Assembly: GCF_009914755.1 (NCBI RefSeq)
Contig: NC_060925.1
DNA from: the human T2T-CHM13v2.0 reference genome, Homo sapiens
Strand: one strand, 5' to 3'
DNA: 64,000 bases
Position numbers and translations under genes: made by a program. The notes under the pieces are model-generated. The model saw only the letters and a list, made by a program, of their open reading frames with translations, was not told where the DNA came from and did no database searches. The stretch's first letter is position 1, and every line of letters starts with the position of its first letter. Shown here piece by piece: positions 40,997 to 56,430 of this stretch.

Positions 40997-41692
40997 CTAA
41001 GAGAGGGAAACATGAAAGAGGATATTTTTCACAGAAGTTTTATAGATTATTACACATTGTTATGAACTAAATTATGATACACACACAATATATGAATATG
41101 ATATACACACATGATAAAGTTAAATACTAATAAGAAGAATCTTGCCAGTTCATTATAAAAAAATGTTCCATTTAAATTTTAAAAAAGGTTAAGAAAAGAC
41201 ATTGTCTTCATTTCTTTTATGAAATCCTCTCAAAACAGTTGTTAGACCGCAGGATGTTAAGTCATCAAGAGACTAAGAATGTTGTTTTCCCTTATTGGCA
41301 AATTACAATCATGGTACTCAAGGAAAAGTAGTTGAAAGTTAATCTTTAGTCTTGTGATATTTTATTACAAATTAGGAATCTCCACAAAGACCAATATCCA
41401 TTGACATGAGCTCACAGTTATAGCTATTCTAAGATTCTTTTATAAATCTAAACAAGGGCACTTTAGAAAGCCAGTATGTGGGAAGTCACACCTCCCCACC
41501 ATCTACATTATACATTCAGAATGCTGCTTGCATTTTAATATTACCCAATACGGGCTACATTCACGGGAAAACCTTTTTGCATCTAACCTGAATGCTAACT
41601 ACTGAGACTGAGGATGAATCACTGAATGCTTTAGCTAAAGCATATTTAATTGTAACCCTTTCTTATTTCTAACAATCCAGTTAGTTACTTAC

Positions 41693-41788
41693 AGCATTCA
41701 ATGAAGCTAAAGACAAAACAAAACTGAAATAATCACTACTGTATACATCTCTATTCTTCATAAACTTGAGGTTCTCATCTCTCACCAT
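41693..41788 (-). CDS. USP24: USP24 exon 53
   Basis: 96 bp; MVRDENLKFMKNRDVYSSDYFSFVLSLASLNA. Confidence 0.95.
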
Positions 41789-42808
41789 CTACAAAAGAAG
41801 ATTAATAATTATTTTTATGAAATGGAAAAATATTCAATATGTGAAGGACATTTCTAATGGTATGTAAAAATATAGGTAAAAAGCACTTATAAAAAGTGAA
41901 TTATAATTTATAATTCCCCTTTCTCAAGTTTTGAACTTTTAAAAGAGGAGAGAGAAAACCTTCCTTTGACATATAAGATGTTATAAGAACTATTATTCAT
42001 TAAACCATACCCTTTTGGGAAATTCAGGTAAACTGCCATGTGAAGGACAAATGAATTCTAACTTGGTATTTTAGGTAGAAGGGGATAAACAGAGCTCTCC
42101 CAAGCACAACCAACTCCATGCTTCCTTTATGTCAGATGGCTTAATTCTCTTTCTTTCTTAATGTAAGACTCGATATTTTTCTCAAATTCTCTTGTTCTAG
42201 CTACTGAGCTTTTGATTAATTAGTGTATAAAGTCTGGACTGAGTAGACAGTTCTGAATTTAGATCCTTGTCCTGTGACACTGGCACATACTTCTTCTTTT
42301 CTGAACCTGTTTTTCCATCCAAAAAATGAGAATAAAACCTGATACTGCACAATAATCTTTTACAAATTAAAGATGTGCTTAAAGCACGTAGCACACAGTA
42401 GGTGTTCAATAAATAATGGCCAATGATTGTTTTATTAGTCCCACTCAAAGGTTATGAACCTTAACTTGTTTTTCTCTCCAGACAAAATAAGTTTATTTCA
42501 GCAACACGATTTCTTTACTGCCCACTCCCCACAACTCTGTTTATTTGTGACATTTCACACTCACAGAGCAGGTCAGTGATTGTGCCTGCCAATCATGAGT
42601 GTGTATTCATACTTGTGTTCTTAGCACTCCATGGCTCTAGCTCTATGGCCCCCTCTGTGTCGTGGCATAAAAGGTTCATGAGACAAGTGTGTAAGACGAT
42701 GTAGCCCCAGTGGTACAACTAATCCAGCAGAAGTACTTCTGGACCTACTAGATACATTTTGATGTCCACGTGGATATTCCCCCTTAGAATTTTTTATATG
42801 GTTCTTAC

Positions 42809-42959
42809 CTGGTATATTCGAGCAGGCATTTTCTCCACAAACAGTCCTTTCTTCTCGCCTTTTTTAACCAGCTTGGTAAGAATAGACAGCCGGTCATTGT
42901 TCGGCCTATGGGGCCGAGGGGATGACTGAGGTGAAATTTCTGGTGAAGATGGAGCTGAC
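42809..42959 (-). CDS. USP24: USP24 exon 52
   Basis: 151 bp; SAPSSPEISPQSSPRPHRPNNDRLSILTKLVKKGEKKGLFVEKMPARIYQ. Confidence 0.95.
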
Positions 42960-43049
42960 CTAAGAGATAGAATCAGAAAACTCTGTCTAGTATAAAGTGG
43001 CTATTTTTTCAGTAGTTACTAAGACTTGCCAAATTCACATAAACGGGTA

Positions 43050-43140
43050 TTAGACTATTTGATTATTATACATGTATCGAAACATAAAACTGTACCACAT
43101 AAATATATACAATCATAATGTAACAATTAAGAAATTAAAA
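43050..43140 (+). mobile_element. Old L1MA-like extreme 3' fragment
   Basis: ATACATGTATCGAAACATAAAACTGTACCACATAAATATATACAAT...AATTAAAA. Confidence 0.6.
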
Positions 43141-43589
43141 ATGCAATACTTTCTAATTAGTTGGGAGAACTGATTGACATTATAGAAGATAAAATAGTGC
43201 AGGGCAAATTTAACACAAATTTTTACTTAAGTGGCATATGAGATTTAACATTTAAGCACAAAATGAATTCTTCCTTCATATTATTGTGAGATATCTTTCC
43301 CAGCCATTAAAAAAGCAGTGAAATAAACTTATCTTAGAGCCACACACTCAAAGTCGTGTAAGAACAAAGTATTGAACCAAGTTTTCAAATTTAATAAAAC
43401 ACATATAGTCATATTTCTCACATGAAAAAGTAAACACTTTCCTGACCCAATATATTAAAAGGCAAATTCACTGACAATAGGACCTTTAAAAAACAACAAC
43501 ATTCTGACAGTGTTGGCATAGCATTATGCTTTGGACAAAAAGTGTATTCAACAAATGCTGCTAACATTAAAAAAAAAAAAAAAAAAAAA

Positions 43590-43989
<400 letters not shown>

Positions 43990-44127
43990 TTATTTCCTTT
44001 TTGGAATTCTTTTTAGAATTTCTCTCCAGCTTAGCTAATTATCTTTAAAATCTCAAATAGTATATTGTCACAGACCACATCATCACCATAGAAATCACAC
44101 AGCAAATTACATGGAAGAGACACTTAC

Positions 44128-44269
44128 AGAGAGAGATCCTCAGCTTCCTGCCGTACAACGCTGACTCGACTTTTCTTTGGTAATACTGGGGAGTTCTGAT
44201 CAGACACCCTTTGGTAGAAAAGCATATAGGCATTCCAGTATCTTCGGCGCACATCAGTGTATGGGTTTG
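44128..44269 (-). CDS. USP24: USP24 exon 51 (end of USP domain, AYMLFYQR)
   Basis: 142 bp; NPYTDVRRRYWNAYMLFYQRVSDQNSPVLPKKSRVSVVRQEAEDLS. Confidence 0.95.
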
Positions 44270-45370
44270 CTTTATAACAAGACATTAAGAAACACATCTG
44301 TAAATAAAAGTTTTTCTTGTCTTGACAATCTAAAACAAAGGGCCCATTATTCCAGCAAGTAGTTAACTACTCCCTAAGTTTGTAAAATGCAAAGTATAAG
44401 TAAAATGTGAGTGTCTTTAGAGTACTGCTTAGCATGGAAGTCAGGATACTTCAGTTGTGGGCCTAGCTGGATCTCTCACTTGGAAGTGATATAGGTGGGG
44501 ACAAGGAATAAGGGAGCAGTATGGTAATGGAGTAAGAGAAAGAAGGTAAGTATCCTAGGGAGGTCTAAATGTAAGCAAATAGCAAGTGACATTTAAAAAT
44601 ATGTTCTGTGGCACAAGATGGGATAACTGGCCTCACTTAACCATTTCTGCCAAGATCGGCCAAATCCAGGCAAATTCTGACAATACTATATCCAACTCTT
44701 AAAGGTTACCACCATAAGATGCTTAACTATAATGGCATGGTATCAAAATCTAATACAGTGAATCCAATACAGCTAAAAATTTAGAAATACCACTAGAAGA
44801 TTTCAAAATCAGGTTTCTGAAATGCTAAGGTCTCCACCAAATAGCTTTTTATCAAATAGCAAGTTCTGATTGGGCTGTACTTCTCCTCATACTCTTTTTT
44901 CCTGGGAGTGGGGATTGTAGAGGGAAAGACTGCTTTGCCACACTGCATAATAAATATGGTTTTAAAAACACAGGTGCTAGAAATGTCTTCTCTAATTAGT
45001 CACACCTCTACATAAGTGAAAAGGAAATCTGAAAATTTTAATGGATAACTACTTCCAAAACTATTTTTAAGGTTCAATTTCAGTATTCATTAGTTTCTCT
45101 CTGATGCTCATTTCATCCTTTTAACTTACTCCCAGCTCCCCTACCTATCCCTCAAGGTTGTTGTAAGAAATTATTTAAAAAAATTTTTATAAACAGCTTG
45201 AACATTTTCACTTTGGTTATTAAAGAGCTTGCTCATGGTTCTATTGCTAGAACAGTAGTACAATAAAAATAACAAAATCTGTTGTGTTTTTATATAAAGA
45301 ATACTATTAATTTTTATAGAAAACTATAAATAAAAAAACTAATGGAAAATATCCATTTGTAAATACTTAC

Positions 45371-45495
45371 TTTGATCATAAACTTTTGGTCTATATTCTC
45401 CTCCAAAGCATTCATACTCCAGGGTCTCGTCATTTAGGTCAAATTCTTCTATAACTGTGTCATTAAATTTATACCACTTTCCTTTTCCACACCCT
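45371..45495 (-). CDS. USP24: USP24 exon 50 (WYKFND motif)
   Basis: 125 bp; GCGKGKWYKFNDTVIEEFDLNDETLEYECFGGEYRPKVYDQ. Confidence 0.95.
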
Positions 45496-45824
45496 CTAGA
45501 ACCCAGAGATCAGACAAACATTATAAGGTTAAAAAAATCAACCTCCTCATCCTTAGCATTGATCTCAATGTATTGTCTACAAATAAAGCAGGTGTTTACC
45601 ATTTGAAAATATCTAAGAAATATGTAGCAACAATTATTTCAATTTCTAAAACAACTTTTCAAATTGAAGGGGTAAAACCAGTTGCACGAAGCTTTAAAAC
45701 TTCAAAATGAAACACAGTCAAGAACAATGCCAAAGTGTCCCTGCACCACAGCGGTGAGTATGGATGATAACGGAGAGCAGGGGAGGGCAGAAAGTGAGTA
45801 AGTGCTGCCTCAGGAAACTCTTAC

Positions 45825-46045
45825 CGCCTGTCCTTAATGAAGGAATAGTAGTGGCCTGCGTGTGCCTGCCCACTGTGTACGATGACACCGACAAGTTCAT
45901 AGTTTTCTGTGAGGGCAACCTTTTTTCGTGGGGATCCTCCACCGCCCTGATCCACACTTCGCCCATTTTCCCCAACTTCAGAAGAAGAATCTTGGCGAGC
46001 CATTCCTGAAACTGTGTAAGGCTCCATGTTTAGCATCCAGGGAAA
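45825..46045 (-). CDS. USP24: USP24 exon 49 (His box, catalytic His1970)
   Basis: 221 bp; FPWMLNMEPYTVSG...YELVGVIVHSGQAHAGHYYSFIKDR. Confidence 0.97.
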
Positions 46046-46470
46046 CTATGTAGAAGCAAAAAGACCATATTAACGTTGATTACTAACATATACAGCAGTA
46101 CCCAGTTAAGTGAGATCCAAATAAGAGGAAGTGTTTTCCTAGTTTAAGCTAGGAACAACTACCTCACCAGTTCAAGTATAAAATCTCAGAAATGTTAAGT
46201 CTGGGAACGTCTAAAGTAGCCTCTGGTTTGAGCCCTAAGGAAGGCATTTTCCTTCATAGTAATCACTAGGATGCCTTCTAGAAATGAGGGCCACTGTTTC
46301 CAGATCTGCCTATTCCGGTAACAGCAGCTGCCTAAGATAAGGGGCTCTTCATAATGCTGAGACAACAGCCTTAACATGGTAGACAGAATATGAAAATTGA
46401 AAAAGGAAAAAAAAAGAAGTGAGTGAGGAAATGAATGGTTGTGAAAAATTTCAGGAAGAAAAAAAGTTAC

Positions 46471-46590
46471 CCTTATTTGTTCATCATATTTAATGGAGCG
46501 TCCGCTTTCCCAGTCAAACCCAAATCTCATTAGGTGAATTACCAAGACGCTAGGTAAAGATTTAATACAGGTCCTTTTCACTGTTATTCT
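46471..46590 (-). CDS. USP24: USP24 exon 48
   Basis: 120 bp; RITVKRTCIKSLPSVLVIHLMRFGFDWESGRSIKYDEQIR. Confidence 0.96.
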
Positions 46591-46815
46591 CTAAAGAAAA
46601 AAAAAAGGAAAAAGAGCAAATCTGAATGATCTCCATGGAGAAAATAAAACAGCACAGTAATTAATGCAAAGGCCTTTCTGATCCATGTGAAAACAAGTAA
46701 TGACACAATCTAATGGAAATAACAGTAGGAGCTTAATACTGATTTTACATAAAACAAAGACGCACTATGCGAATAACAAATTAATCTTGTTTTTTAAAAA
46801 GGGCAAACATAATAC

Positions 46816-46957
46816 CTTTTCTTTACACTTTTCACAGTAGTACGCATTACTTCCTTCTAGAACTTCTCCTCTAACAAATTGGTCCAAAGAAATTTCCAAA
46901 CTCTGACAAGAAGTCACTCCTAGATTGAGAGCCATGAAAGCTTCTTCACGCTCATAT
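46816..46957 (-). CDS. USP24: USP24 exon 47 (fingers CxxC: CEKC)
   Basis: 142 bp; YEREEAFMALNLGVTSCQSLEISLDQFVRGEVLEGSNAYYCEKCKEK. Confidence 0.96.
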
Positions 46958-47348
46958 CTGATTAGGAAATAACAGAAAACCCACAATCAACAATGGAATT
47001 TAAAACTCTTCAATTATCATAATACCTAAGCTTGAACACAGAACTACATTTTTAATCTGGGAGTCCCTCAATATTTTAAAAGTCCATTACTAAGTTAAAA
47101 TGCCACTTTGTGACAATTAAGAATTGCCTAAAATTATGAATTTCAATGAATATTTTCTTAAGCCCACAAAGAAATTTTTTCTCCTTCTGGAAGTAGAAAG
47201 CAAAGAAATTTAAGTCACTAAATACTTATAGATCTGTTGACAGGGAGAGAGTTCTAAGTCTCTTAACAAATGCAAAATTTACAACATACTAAACAAATCA
47301 CTTCAAAAGGATGATCATTTTTCCTGTGTCGGTGATATCTTCACTCAC

Positions 47349-47431
47349 CTGTGAGGACAGTCTTTACAGATCTTCTGATCAGAGTAGATGCCCTGAAATG
47401 TATTCTTAAAAATTTGGTCTCTCCCCATTTT
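47349..47431 (-). CDS. USP24: USP24 exon 46 (fingers CxxC: CKDC)
   Basis: 83 bp; KMGRDQIFKNTFQGIYSDQKICKDCPH. Confidence 0.95.
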
Positions 47432-48147
47432 CTGTTGGAATGAAAAGTTACAGTTTTAAGTGATGCCTCCTGAACTTATGAGTATACAGAATTTTATTAA
47501 CACATTGCAATTTAAGGACCAAAACAAAACGCGTCATTCTGGTAGTATCAGCTGTGGTGAATGGAGGCTAAACCCATTATTGGCCCCACTGTCAGAGTGA
47601 TGCAGACGATCAGAAGAGGAAGAGGAGGAGGGATGGGTCAGGTAGAGCTAATGACAAGAGAGTGTTCTCCAGGGTGATTCTGAATCCTTCTCCCTGTGCT
47701 ACAAGGACCAAGTTAGGGGCAACTCTCAGCAATCTTTTCTTTTTTCTTGTGGATAGAATGCCATCAATTTGCAAGTTACTTTAAAAAATGGAAGAATTGT
47801 GCCTACTGATGAGAGGCCAATGCTGGCAGTGACAGCGGGATCTGAGAAGGCAATACCGTTTAGGAAGTCTGCCACATGGCTTACAGGGTAGAGGTAGAGA
47901 GCTTTGGGTTTCAACAGCACCACGAATAACTTTTTAATCTGGCTCCTTTCTCCCCTGTGCCAGAGCACTCTCTGCTCTGCACAGGGCCATCAGCTCACCA
48001 GTGACTGCAGCACTCTTCTGAGGCCAGATTATTTCAGTAGACACACAGAAAGAATATGTAGGTAGGAATGGTTATTACTATGTAGTAGAGATTAAGAGTT
48101 ACATACTTTACTGAGCGTTAGATGAATTAAGAAAATATGCAATTCTA

Positions 48148-48594
<447 letters not shown>

Positions 48595-48643
48595 CTATAA
48601 TTAGAGTTTGAGGGAGTTAGAGGGAAAGTACAACTTTTACTAC

Positions 48644-48742
48644 CTTGAGGTATTCATCCATCTGATCAATGAGACTAGTAAAGAATTCATATGCATCCTG
48701 CTGTTCTCTCACATAAAGTTCTTTATTCCACATCTTGAAAAT
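48644..48742 (-). CDS. USP24: USP24 exon 45 (QQDAYEF box)
   Basis: 99 bp; IFKMWNKELYVREQQDAYEFFTSLIDQMDEYLK. Confidence 0.96.
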
Positions 48743-49087
48743 CTATATAACAAAAATTAAATGTTTTTAAAGGAAAAGTAGCAATTTCTGAATGTGGTAG
48801 AAAGGGAACATGAAAGAGCACTTAAATGCTTATAAAAATCAGGTTCACTATTAGGATGTGGACATTTCTAGTGAAGTGAGACTAGCTTGTATTCAGCCAT
48901 CCACCCTTTTTTCTAGTCCCCTTACAATCATAACAAGTCTCTGAAATCAAAAGTGGGTACTGGGTAAGATCTAGGCCATGGAACAGAGAATTTCTCTCTT
49001 AGAAACAAATCAACCTATGGGGAAAAACACAAGGTGATCCTCCAATATGTGAAACACAGTAAAGCAATGTTTAAAAATAGTATTCTT

Positions 49088-49384
<297 letters not shown>

Positions 49385-49706
49385 GTGTTCTTTATTTAAA
49401 GACATTAGTGAAATCGGCACAGGGTCAGGGGAATGATATGAACAAATATTTCAAAGAACTAAAATAAGAATCATTAAAAATATTCAAAATAATTAAGATG
49501 AGCAAATTCCTAGGAATTGAATGACTATTCTCAACATTCTAATGATTTGAAACCAAGTACCAATTTCAACAATGGTATACCAAATCCTTTTACAGTTTCT
49601 TGGCAAGAGATTAAAGTTAATAAAAACAAAAAACCATTACCATTAGAGAAAGAATGTAGCCAAATATTTAACATCTTTAAATCTCAAGAGTTACTGGGTG
49701 AAATAC

Positions 49707-49832
49707 CTTCCAAAAATTCTCAGGTACATAGTACTGCAGCTTGCTTTCCATTAAATGTCCAAAGAGAGACTGCACTTGGTAAAACACGCTATCATCTGGA
49801 TTGTCTGTGTCATCATCCACTGAAAGTAATGA
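49707..49832 (-). CDS. USP24: USP24 exon 44
   Basis: 126 bp; SLLSVDDDTDNPDDSVFYQVQSLFGHLMESKLQYYVPENFWK. Confidence 0.95.
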
Positions 49833-50451
49833 CTGCACAGAAAAGAAACATATCAAGCTTGAAATATTTAAAATGCTTCACAGGAAACTCTGACATATGT
49901 ACATGTTAGTACCCACATTGCTTTTTTAGAATGTTATGTATGTTTGGACATGGCTATAATGCTGCAGATATTTAACTTTAATAATTCCTAGCTGGTGTAA
50001 TTATGAAAAAATCATGTCCTTAAACTCTGATTATGAAAAACTGGTCTAGTAATACCAGGTTCTCTACAGGAAATAAGCGTAGCCCAGTACACATGGAATA
50101 CTCTCAAAACCACTGACCATATTATTGTAAAGTGCTCATGGTAGACCCTATATATTTCTAAAATACTAAAACTGTCAGTAACTTTATGGAATATAATTTA
50201 AAAACAACTTTGGAGTTCAAAAATCACATTAGGTCAAGTCCATCTGTAATACAGGCAGCTTATTACAACAGCAACTTTATAAAAATGTGTGATTATACAC
50301 AACATGTCTTTACACATTTCAGGAGCTACTAAAGAATCGCAAGTTATGTCTTGTTTTAGGAAACCCCAAAAGCAATAAAAAACTATGAAACAATTTTCAA
50401 GTAACGCACGTATTATCTATCGTACCAAAAAGGATAGAAAAAAGAAATCAC

Positions 50452-50571
50452 CTCAGGGAGCCCAGGTTGCATATACAGCTGCTGGAAGACTGCATTCATA
50501 TAACAAGTTGCACCACCATTTCTCAGCCCCACAAACCCTGAACTGGACCTGCTATCCACTGGGGGAAGGTA
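50452..50571 (-). CDS. USP24: USP24 exon 43 (Cys box, catalytic Cys1698 at 50503-50505)
   Basis: 120 bp; [40 protein letters not shown]. Confidence 0.97.
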
Positions 50572-52743
50572 CTGGAAAAGAGAGGAATAGAAACAGCAGA
50601 GGAGGAGAATGAGCATTTCTGCCACAGACACATTTACACTATAGCTATGCGGGAGATATATTCACAGATTTACCCATCCAGCATGTTATGAAAGCTATGC
50701 TGGCAAAACCTATGTTCATGAAGTACCTCTGCAGATGCTGATATAATTATCAAATACTGCTATCTCAATGTTGCTTTTTCAGTCATAAAATACCTGGCAG
50801 ATAGGTGTGTATTTGTTTATTTATATAATTACTTGATTATCATTCAACAAATATTGATTAAATACCCTTCTATCTGCCAGGCACTGTGCATGGGATATAA
50901 GAGAGAACAGAAATGTGCACGGCCCCTGATCTCAAGGCACTTACAGTCTATTAGGGTAAAGAGGCATAATCAAGCAAATGTCCTACTATATATTCATGAA
51001 TTAAGGTAGTACTCTGAAAAAAAGGAATGTGAGTCTACGAAGTGATTACCATGAAGGATCCTGACCAATCTGGATGGCAAAAAAAGGCTCATATTGTAAT
51101 TCCTTTTAGAGAAGGTAACATTCTTCTATTAAACTTCTTCCAGTAAACATATAATTAAATAGGTGACTATCCTACCATTTTACTTACAGGTGTTTTGAAA
51201 TAACATAGACCCCAGTACAGTGCTTTTCTGGGTAGAAATGATCCAGAAAAAGCATAGTGGATAAAGTTCAACATGGCACTTCTTCAAGTGGAAAAGGATA
51301 CTGTAATTTTACACTTTGAAATGCTATTCAAAGATCTTGGTTCTCATGCCATGACCAGAATCATGCTATCTGCACATATTAAGTATCTGCATCCATGTAA
51401 TAACCAACTAGCAGACAAAAATGTATAGGTCTTCTAGATCTCAAGGAATTCCTAAGTATTACTTACTCTTCATTAACATCAGACATATACTTACAGCAGG
51501 ATTATTTCTAAGACCTAATTAACACCGAAATTTATTTGTAGTCCAAAGCATAGATTTAAAAAAAAAAACTGGTTTGTAACAGTGCTAAAAATATAAATAT
51601 TTATCTAACACAGATATTGCCTCCATTATGCTGATATAATTTTTGATGTAAGGAAAAACATAAGAAGTTCATTTAAATCTGATTAAATAAATGCATCTAA
51701 AGTAACACATAACATAACCTATAAACTAAAGCATTATAAACCATTTTGATCAATCAAAACCATTTCCAACTTATGAGAGCCCACATTTCTAAGTCTTTGC
51801 CAAGTGCTACTCCCTCTATTTAGGACATCTGTCCCCACTTCCTTTCCTACCTAACCTCTATGTTCTGTAATACTTAACTCAGGCATCCAAAGGGTAAGTC
51901 TGACTTTCTGTGATGTCAGAGAACACAAACGGCAGCTTTGAAAGCATCTTCCCATTTCTAGTCTGTATTCCAGTGGACCTGCAATATACTTCCCTCTCGC
52001 AGATCCCAACATACACTAAGCTATTTCATGTCTCCACAGCTGTGTTCATATTCTTCTCATTACTGGAATGGAATGACCTTCCCACCTTGCTTCACCTGGT
52101 TCACTAGTTTTTATGGCCCTATTTTAAGTTTCAGCTCCTCTAAGAAGCCTTCTGAGATACCAACAGCTGGTGGTGAAGTGCCTCTCTGTGTTAGAGCATT
52201 GAGGACATACCTCTATCTCATATTGTATCACATTACATTGAAACTATCTGCTTATGGGCCTGTCTCTTTCACTATACACTGACCTTCTTGAGGGCTGGGA
52301 TCCTATTTTCATTTTTGACCTCCAAAAGCCTAATATGCCTTTTAGCACATACTAAACTCAATAAATTTTGGTTGAATTTAACTGAACATAGGCTGTACTG
52401 TGATAGAGCCAATGTTTATTTGACTTGTATCTCTAGGGTCTGGCCTATGCCCAGCATAAAGTCACTGAAAAAATAGGTTGGAATGCTACTTTTTACTGAG
52501 AATAACTACCAAGCAACTTGAAAATGCCTCTCCCTCTTTAATTAAAAGGATACTATTTCATAATATATTCAGTATATTAGAGTGATACTATAGCTTATAC
52601 TTGATTTGAGTATGTGAACACAGTAAGCAAAATAGTAATACTGACTTTCTTTGTGGTCAGCAGAATGCAAATACAGTCTTAAAATTATATGTTTCAGAGA
52701 TCATTCTAAAAAAATTAAGTTCATCAACGTCTAGAAAACCTAC

Positions 52744-52888
52744 ATCAAACTCCTTGGTAAGAGCAGGGTCAGGCTGGTGATGCATAGAAAGCAGTTCTTT
52801 TATAATAATTTGAAGATTTGAAGGTGAACTATCAGCCAACATCACAAGGACTTCATAGGCTGCCAATCGGCTATTCGCTGTACTACAC
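52744..52888 (-). CDS. USP24: USP24 exon 42
   Basis: 145 bp; CSTANSRLAAYEVLVMLADSSPSNLQIIIKELLSMHHQPDPALTKEFD. Confidence 0.95.
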
Positions 52889-55014
52889 CTAGAAACAAAA
52901 GACACAAGTCAATTTCAACAATGAATAATCTACTTAAATTACTCATTAAACTAAATCAACAGTTGAAATGAAAGTAGAAGAGCTCCAATTCCTCAAACAT
53001 ACTTAAGTCAGGTCTAACCCCAGACATCCAGTAATCCAGGGGTCATGAATACAGGAGGAATTAGTAACTATCTTCTTGGCCTGATGATAAAGTAGTAAAA
53101 TTCTTTCACTTATGATCAGAATAGTCTCATCTAATGAATGGATCAGCAAGAATGGAGGAGAAAGAGTAAAGAGAACTCTGTAATAAAGATGACATGGGAA
53201 TAACTGTCTTTCAAATAAAATAGGTAAGTAGAAAGATTTTATCGCTGTCATCCTAAGAAGATCTTAGGATGGCAGCAAAAGAAAGCTGTAAAACCCAGAA
53301 TAGATAGCCATAAACATTTTATGTGAACTTTCTATGAAAAAAATGGAGACAAAAATACAGTTTGTCAAATCAATTCGTTTAAAGTGACACAAAAGATAAC
53401 TAGCAAGCATTCTGCATGAAATCAAAGGCTTTCTACACTGCCTGCCTGGTAGTATAAACCACTTTGGGGATGGACAATAATATCTCACTTTAACCAATGC
53501 TAACCTTGCATTACTGAGGGATCACTGGTTAGGAAGGATACACAGAAAAGAGGATAGCCAACCTCTGAGTGAAACACTTAGGGAATGTAGGAGGAGGCAT
53601 TTAAGGGGGCTTATGAGGCTTTTAGACCAGCACGACACCAGGCACTGAGGACAATGGCCATGGAGCTGGCACTGTCCTTTGCTTCTTATCTGAACTTCAG
53701 GGTTGCAAAGGACAGTAAGAAAAGAATAGGGAGGTGCCATTTACACAGGCTAAACACTAAAAGTTGCTTTATTACTGTGATACAAAATAGCATTACTTCT
53801 GAAAAGAGTTTCTGTGTATTTTAAATCTCTTTCTTCCTTGAAGGTTTTGGTGGGAAAAGACTGGGAATTACTGTGATAAATCAACACCATTCAGTACAAT
53901 GGGGAGGGATGAAACAAATGTTTCCTTTTTTAATCAAGGCACTGTATATGATTTTTACAAAAACACTCCTTCCTTCTTCATTTATGGAGGAACTACTTTT
54001 ATTAATAATAAAACTGCTAAAGATATATCTTTTGTGTTTACTGAAAATTAAAATATTCACTTGTTTCTGCTGCTTTAATAAAAGACTACCATAGACCTAG
54101 CACCAAATCTTCCAAAACAGGGCTGGGGTAGCAATGAGGATGGGAGTCACAGCCTGAGGAATACCCCAAGAGTTCTAATAAAGGGTTTTACTTTTTTTTC
54201 TTACCTAAAACAGATTTTGCTAATGAGGCAACTTTAAGTAGAGAAATATTTATATGTGATAAGATACCTCTTAGGATTCCACAAAATACTGCTTATTATG
54301 CCTTGTCCATTTCAATAACCACTGAAATTGTACAGGAACCCTTTTCACTATAAACAGCAAATAGTTTCTTCAGGATTACTCAATTAACTCTGGTTTTCAT
54401 GAGAAAGGAACAAAGTTAGTTAGATTTGGAGCAAATGAAATAGCAGCTTGTAGCTCTGCCTCTTCTTCCTACCTCCAAGAGTATAAATACCACTCAAGGA
54501 GGGTCAACATTACAAAGAGATCTTTCAAATTTGTACCCATAAAACTAATACAAAATTTGATTCCAAAATTACTACTGTAATAAATCACAAGCAGTTGCAG
54601 TTAACAGAACACAGCCAGCACTCAGCAAACGACAAGGTTCATGCACTAAAGCACCTATCGTTTTCTCCTGAGAAACCTTCAAGATTTTACTCAGAGCCTA
54701 TTTACTTGTACTTTCGACATAATTTTTATAACCTTCGTTTCTCTTGGCATTTGTTACTGACCAAGTTAGCCACATTTTTATTTGTTCTTCCATTCTGAGG
54801 ATAATAATGGTACCAGCACACTTGCTCCGTGCTTACTATGTGCCAGGCAGGCTTTATGCTAAGCCGCTTCATGTGCATTTCTTCATTTAGTGGATAATAT
54901 AGGATACACAGACTCACAGATGGAAGACAAACTCCAAGTTAACAAAATCTTTTGGGACTGAAGTTTCAAATTAGAATTTTTACCAAAACTGAACACAACG
55001 TGCATTTTCCATAC

Positions 55015-55132
55015 TTTGGATGAAAGTCCTGTTGACTGATGGCGGCACTGCCAGCTGGAGAATGACTATTTAAAATAATTCTAGAAGCTCGGAAAAGGAA
55101 GTCATCTAACAATGGTTTAATGAGTGATGAAC
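55015..55132 (-). CDS. USP24: USP24 exon 41
   Basis: 118 bp; SSLIKPLLDDFLFRASRIILNSHSPAGSAAISQQDFHP. Confidence 0.95.
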
Positions 55133-56107
55133 CTGGAATAGAGCATAATATTCATGTTGAAGATGAACACATATTTTAATTCAAAGATCCTATCTTGCAC
55201 TTTCTTATCAGAGCAGCAAAGGTACCCAATGCCACCCAATAGCAGAGCATTTAGTTTAATTTAATGTTTGTTTTTGGAGGACTTACTACATGGCAAAGCT
55301 TGTGGGGTAGACTACAAAGGGGACAGAATACAAAGACAGGCAGGTGAGGGTGTGTTCCTTTATGGGCTTACAATACAGTGAAAGGAGTCAAGCTTTCACT
55401 TTAGAAACACAAGTGCCAAGGACACCACAAGGCAGAATGGTTTGAGTGAACAGTTCTTACTCTGGGCATAGGGGAGTCCACATAAGGGTTTCTGAAACTT
55501 TTAAAATCTTGCCTTTTTAGTTTAAAATGATATGCCTTTCTCTCTCTGGTTAAGAATCACTCTTTTCTATGTATCCCCAGTAGCCAAGAATATTTTGTAA
55601 AGCTTGGTTTGTGTTATAAAAGAGAGAGTTAATTTTTCATTTGTCTTCTGAATACAATTTATAATACTGAATAATCTTTTACAAATTACATGTGTACCCT
55701 AGGAGAATCTCATATGTACCCCACCACTGGAGGGCAGGGGTGGTTAGGGGCTGCCTCTTCAGATGAGAATCACCCTTAAAAGAAGACAGACAGTAAATTA
55801 TGTATTACAAAGTACATAACAGCAAAAAGAGAAAAATCTACTTTGAATTATAATTCTTACTTGGTATTAGGAAGTTATGTGATCCAGCTATTTTGAACAC
55901 CATAAAATTCTCTATGTTGTTTAATGACACAGGTAAAGTACACCTTAAGTTTGTTAGCCACTAAAATAACGGACAATTTCCTACTGTGTGAAGGGTCAAT
56001 TTTCCATGGAACACTTGGCATCTATCTTATTTTCCCACTTACACACAGTACTGGCAATAACCAAGCACTGAAGAATCTGCCATGTGATAAGATGGAGCAA
56101 TAATTAC

Positions 56108-56299
56108 CAAGCATTTCCTTTTCTGCCCCACAGAGTGAAAGAAGGGTCTTGATGAGGCGTAAGTGCCCTGCCAGTAAGATGTTGTCCGCTTCACTGGTCT
56201 CACATTCAGCTGTACGATTAGGTTCAAAGTTATCCAGCCAAGTAATCTCATCTTCAAGCATCGTAGCTGGGCTGATCCTTAACTGCTCCATTTCTGAAG
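56108..56299 (-). CDS. USP24: USP24 exon 40
   Basis: 192 bp; SEMEQLRISPATMLEDEITWLDNFEPNRTAECETSEADNILLAGHLRLIKTLLSLCGAEKEML. Confidence 0.95.
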
Positions 56300-56430
56300 C
56301 TAAGAAGGAAAAAAAAAATCCATTACAAAGAAAGAAGGATTTCCCTTTATGGAGTCAAAGTCCTGAATTAAAGTAAGCAAAGTCAAGCCCCAATCTTTCA
56401 CTTTACAGATCTTTAAAAAACTATCATTAA

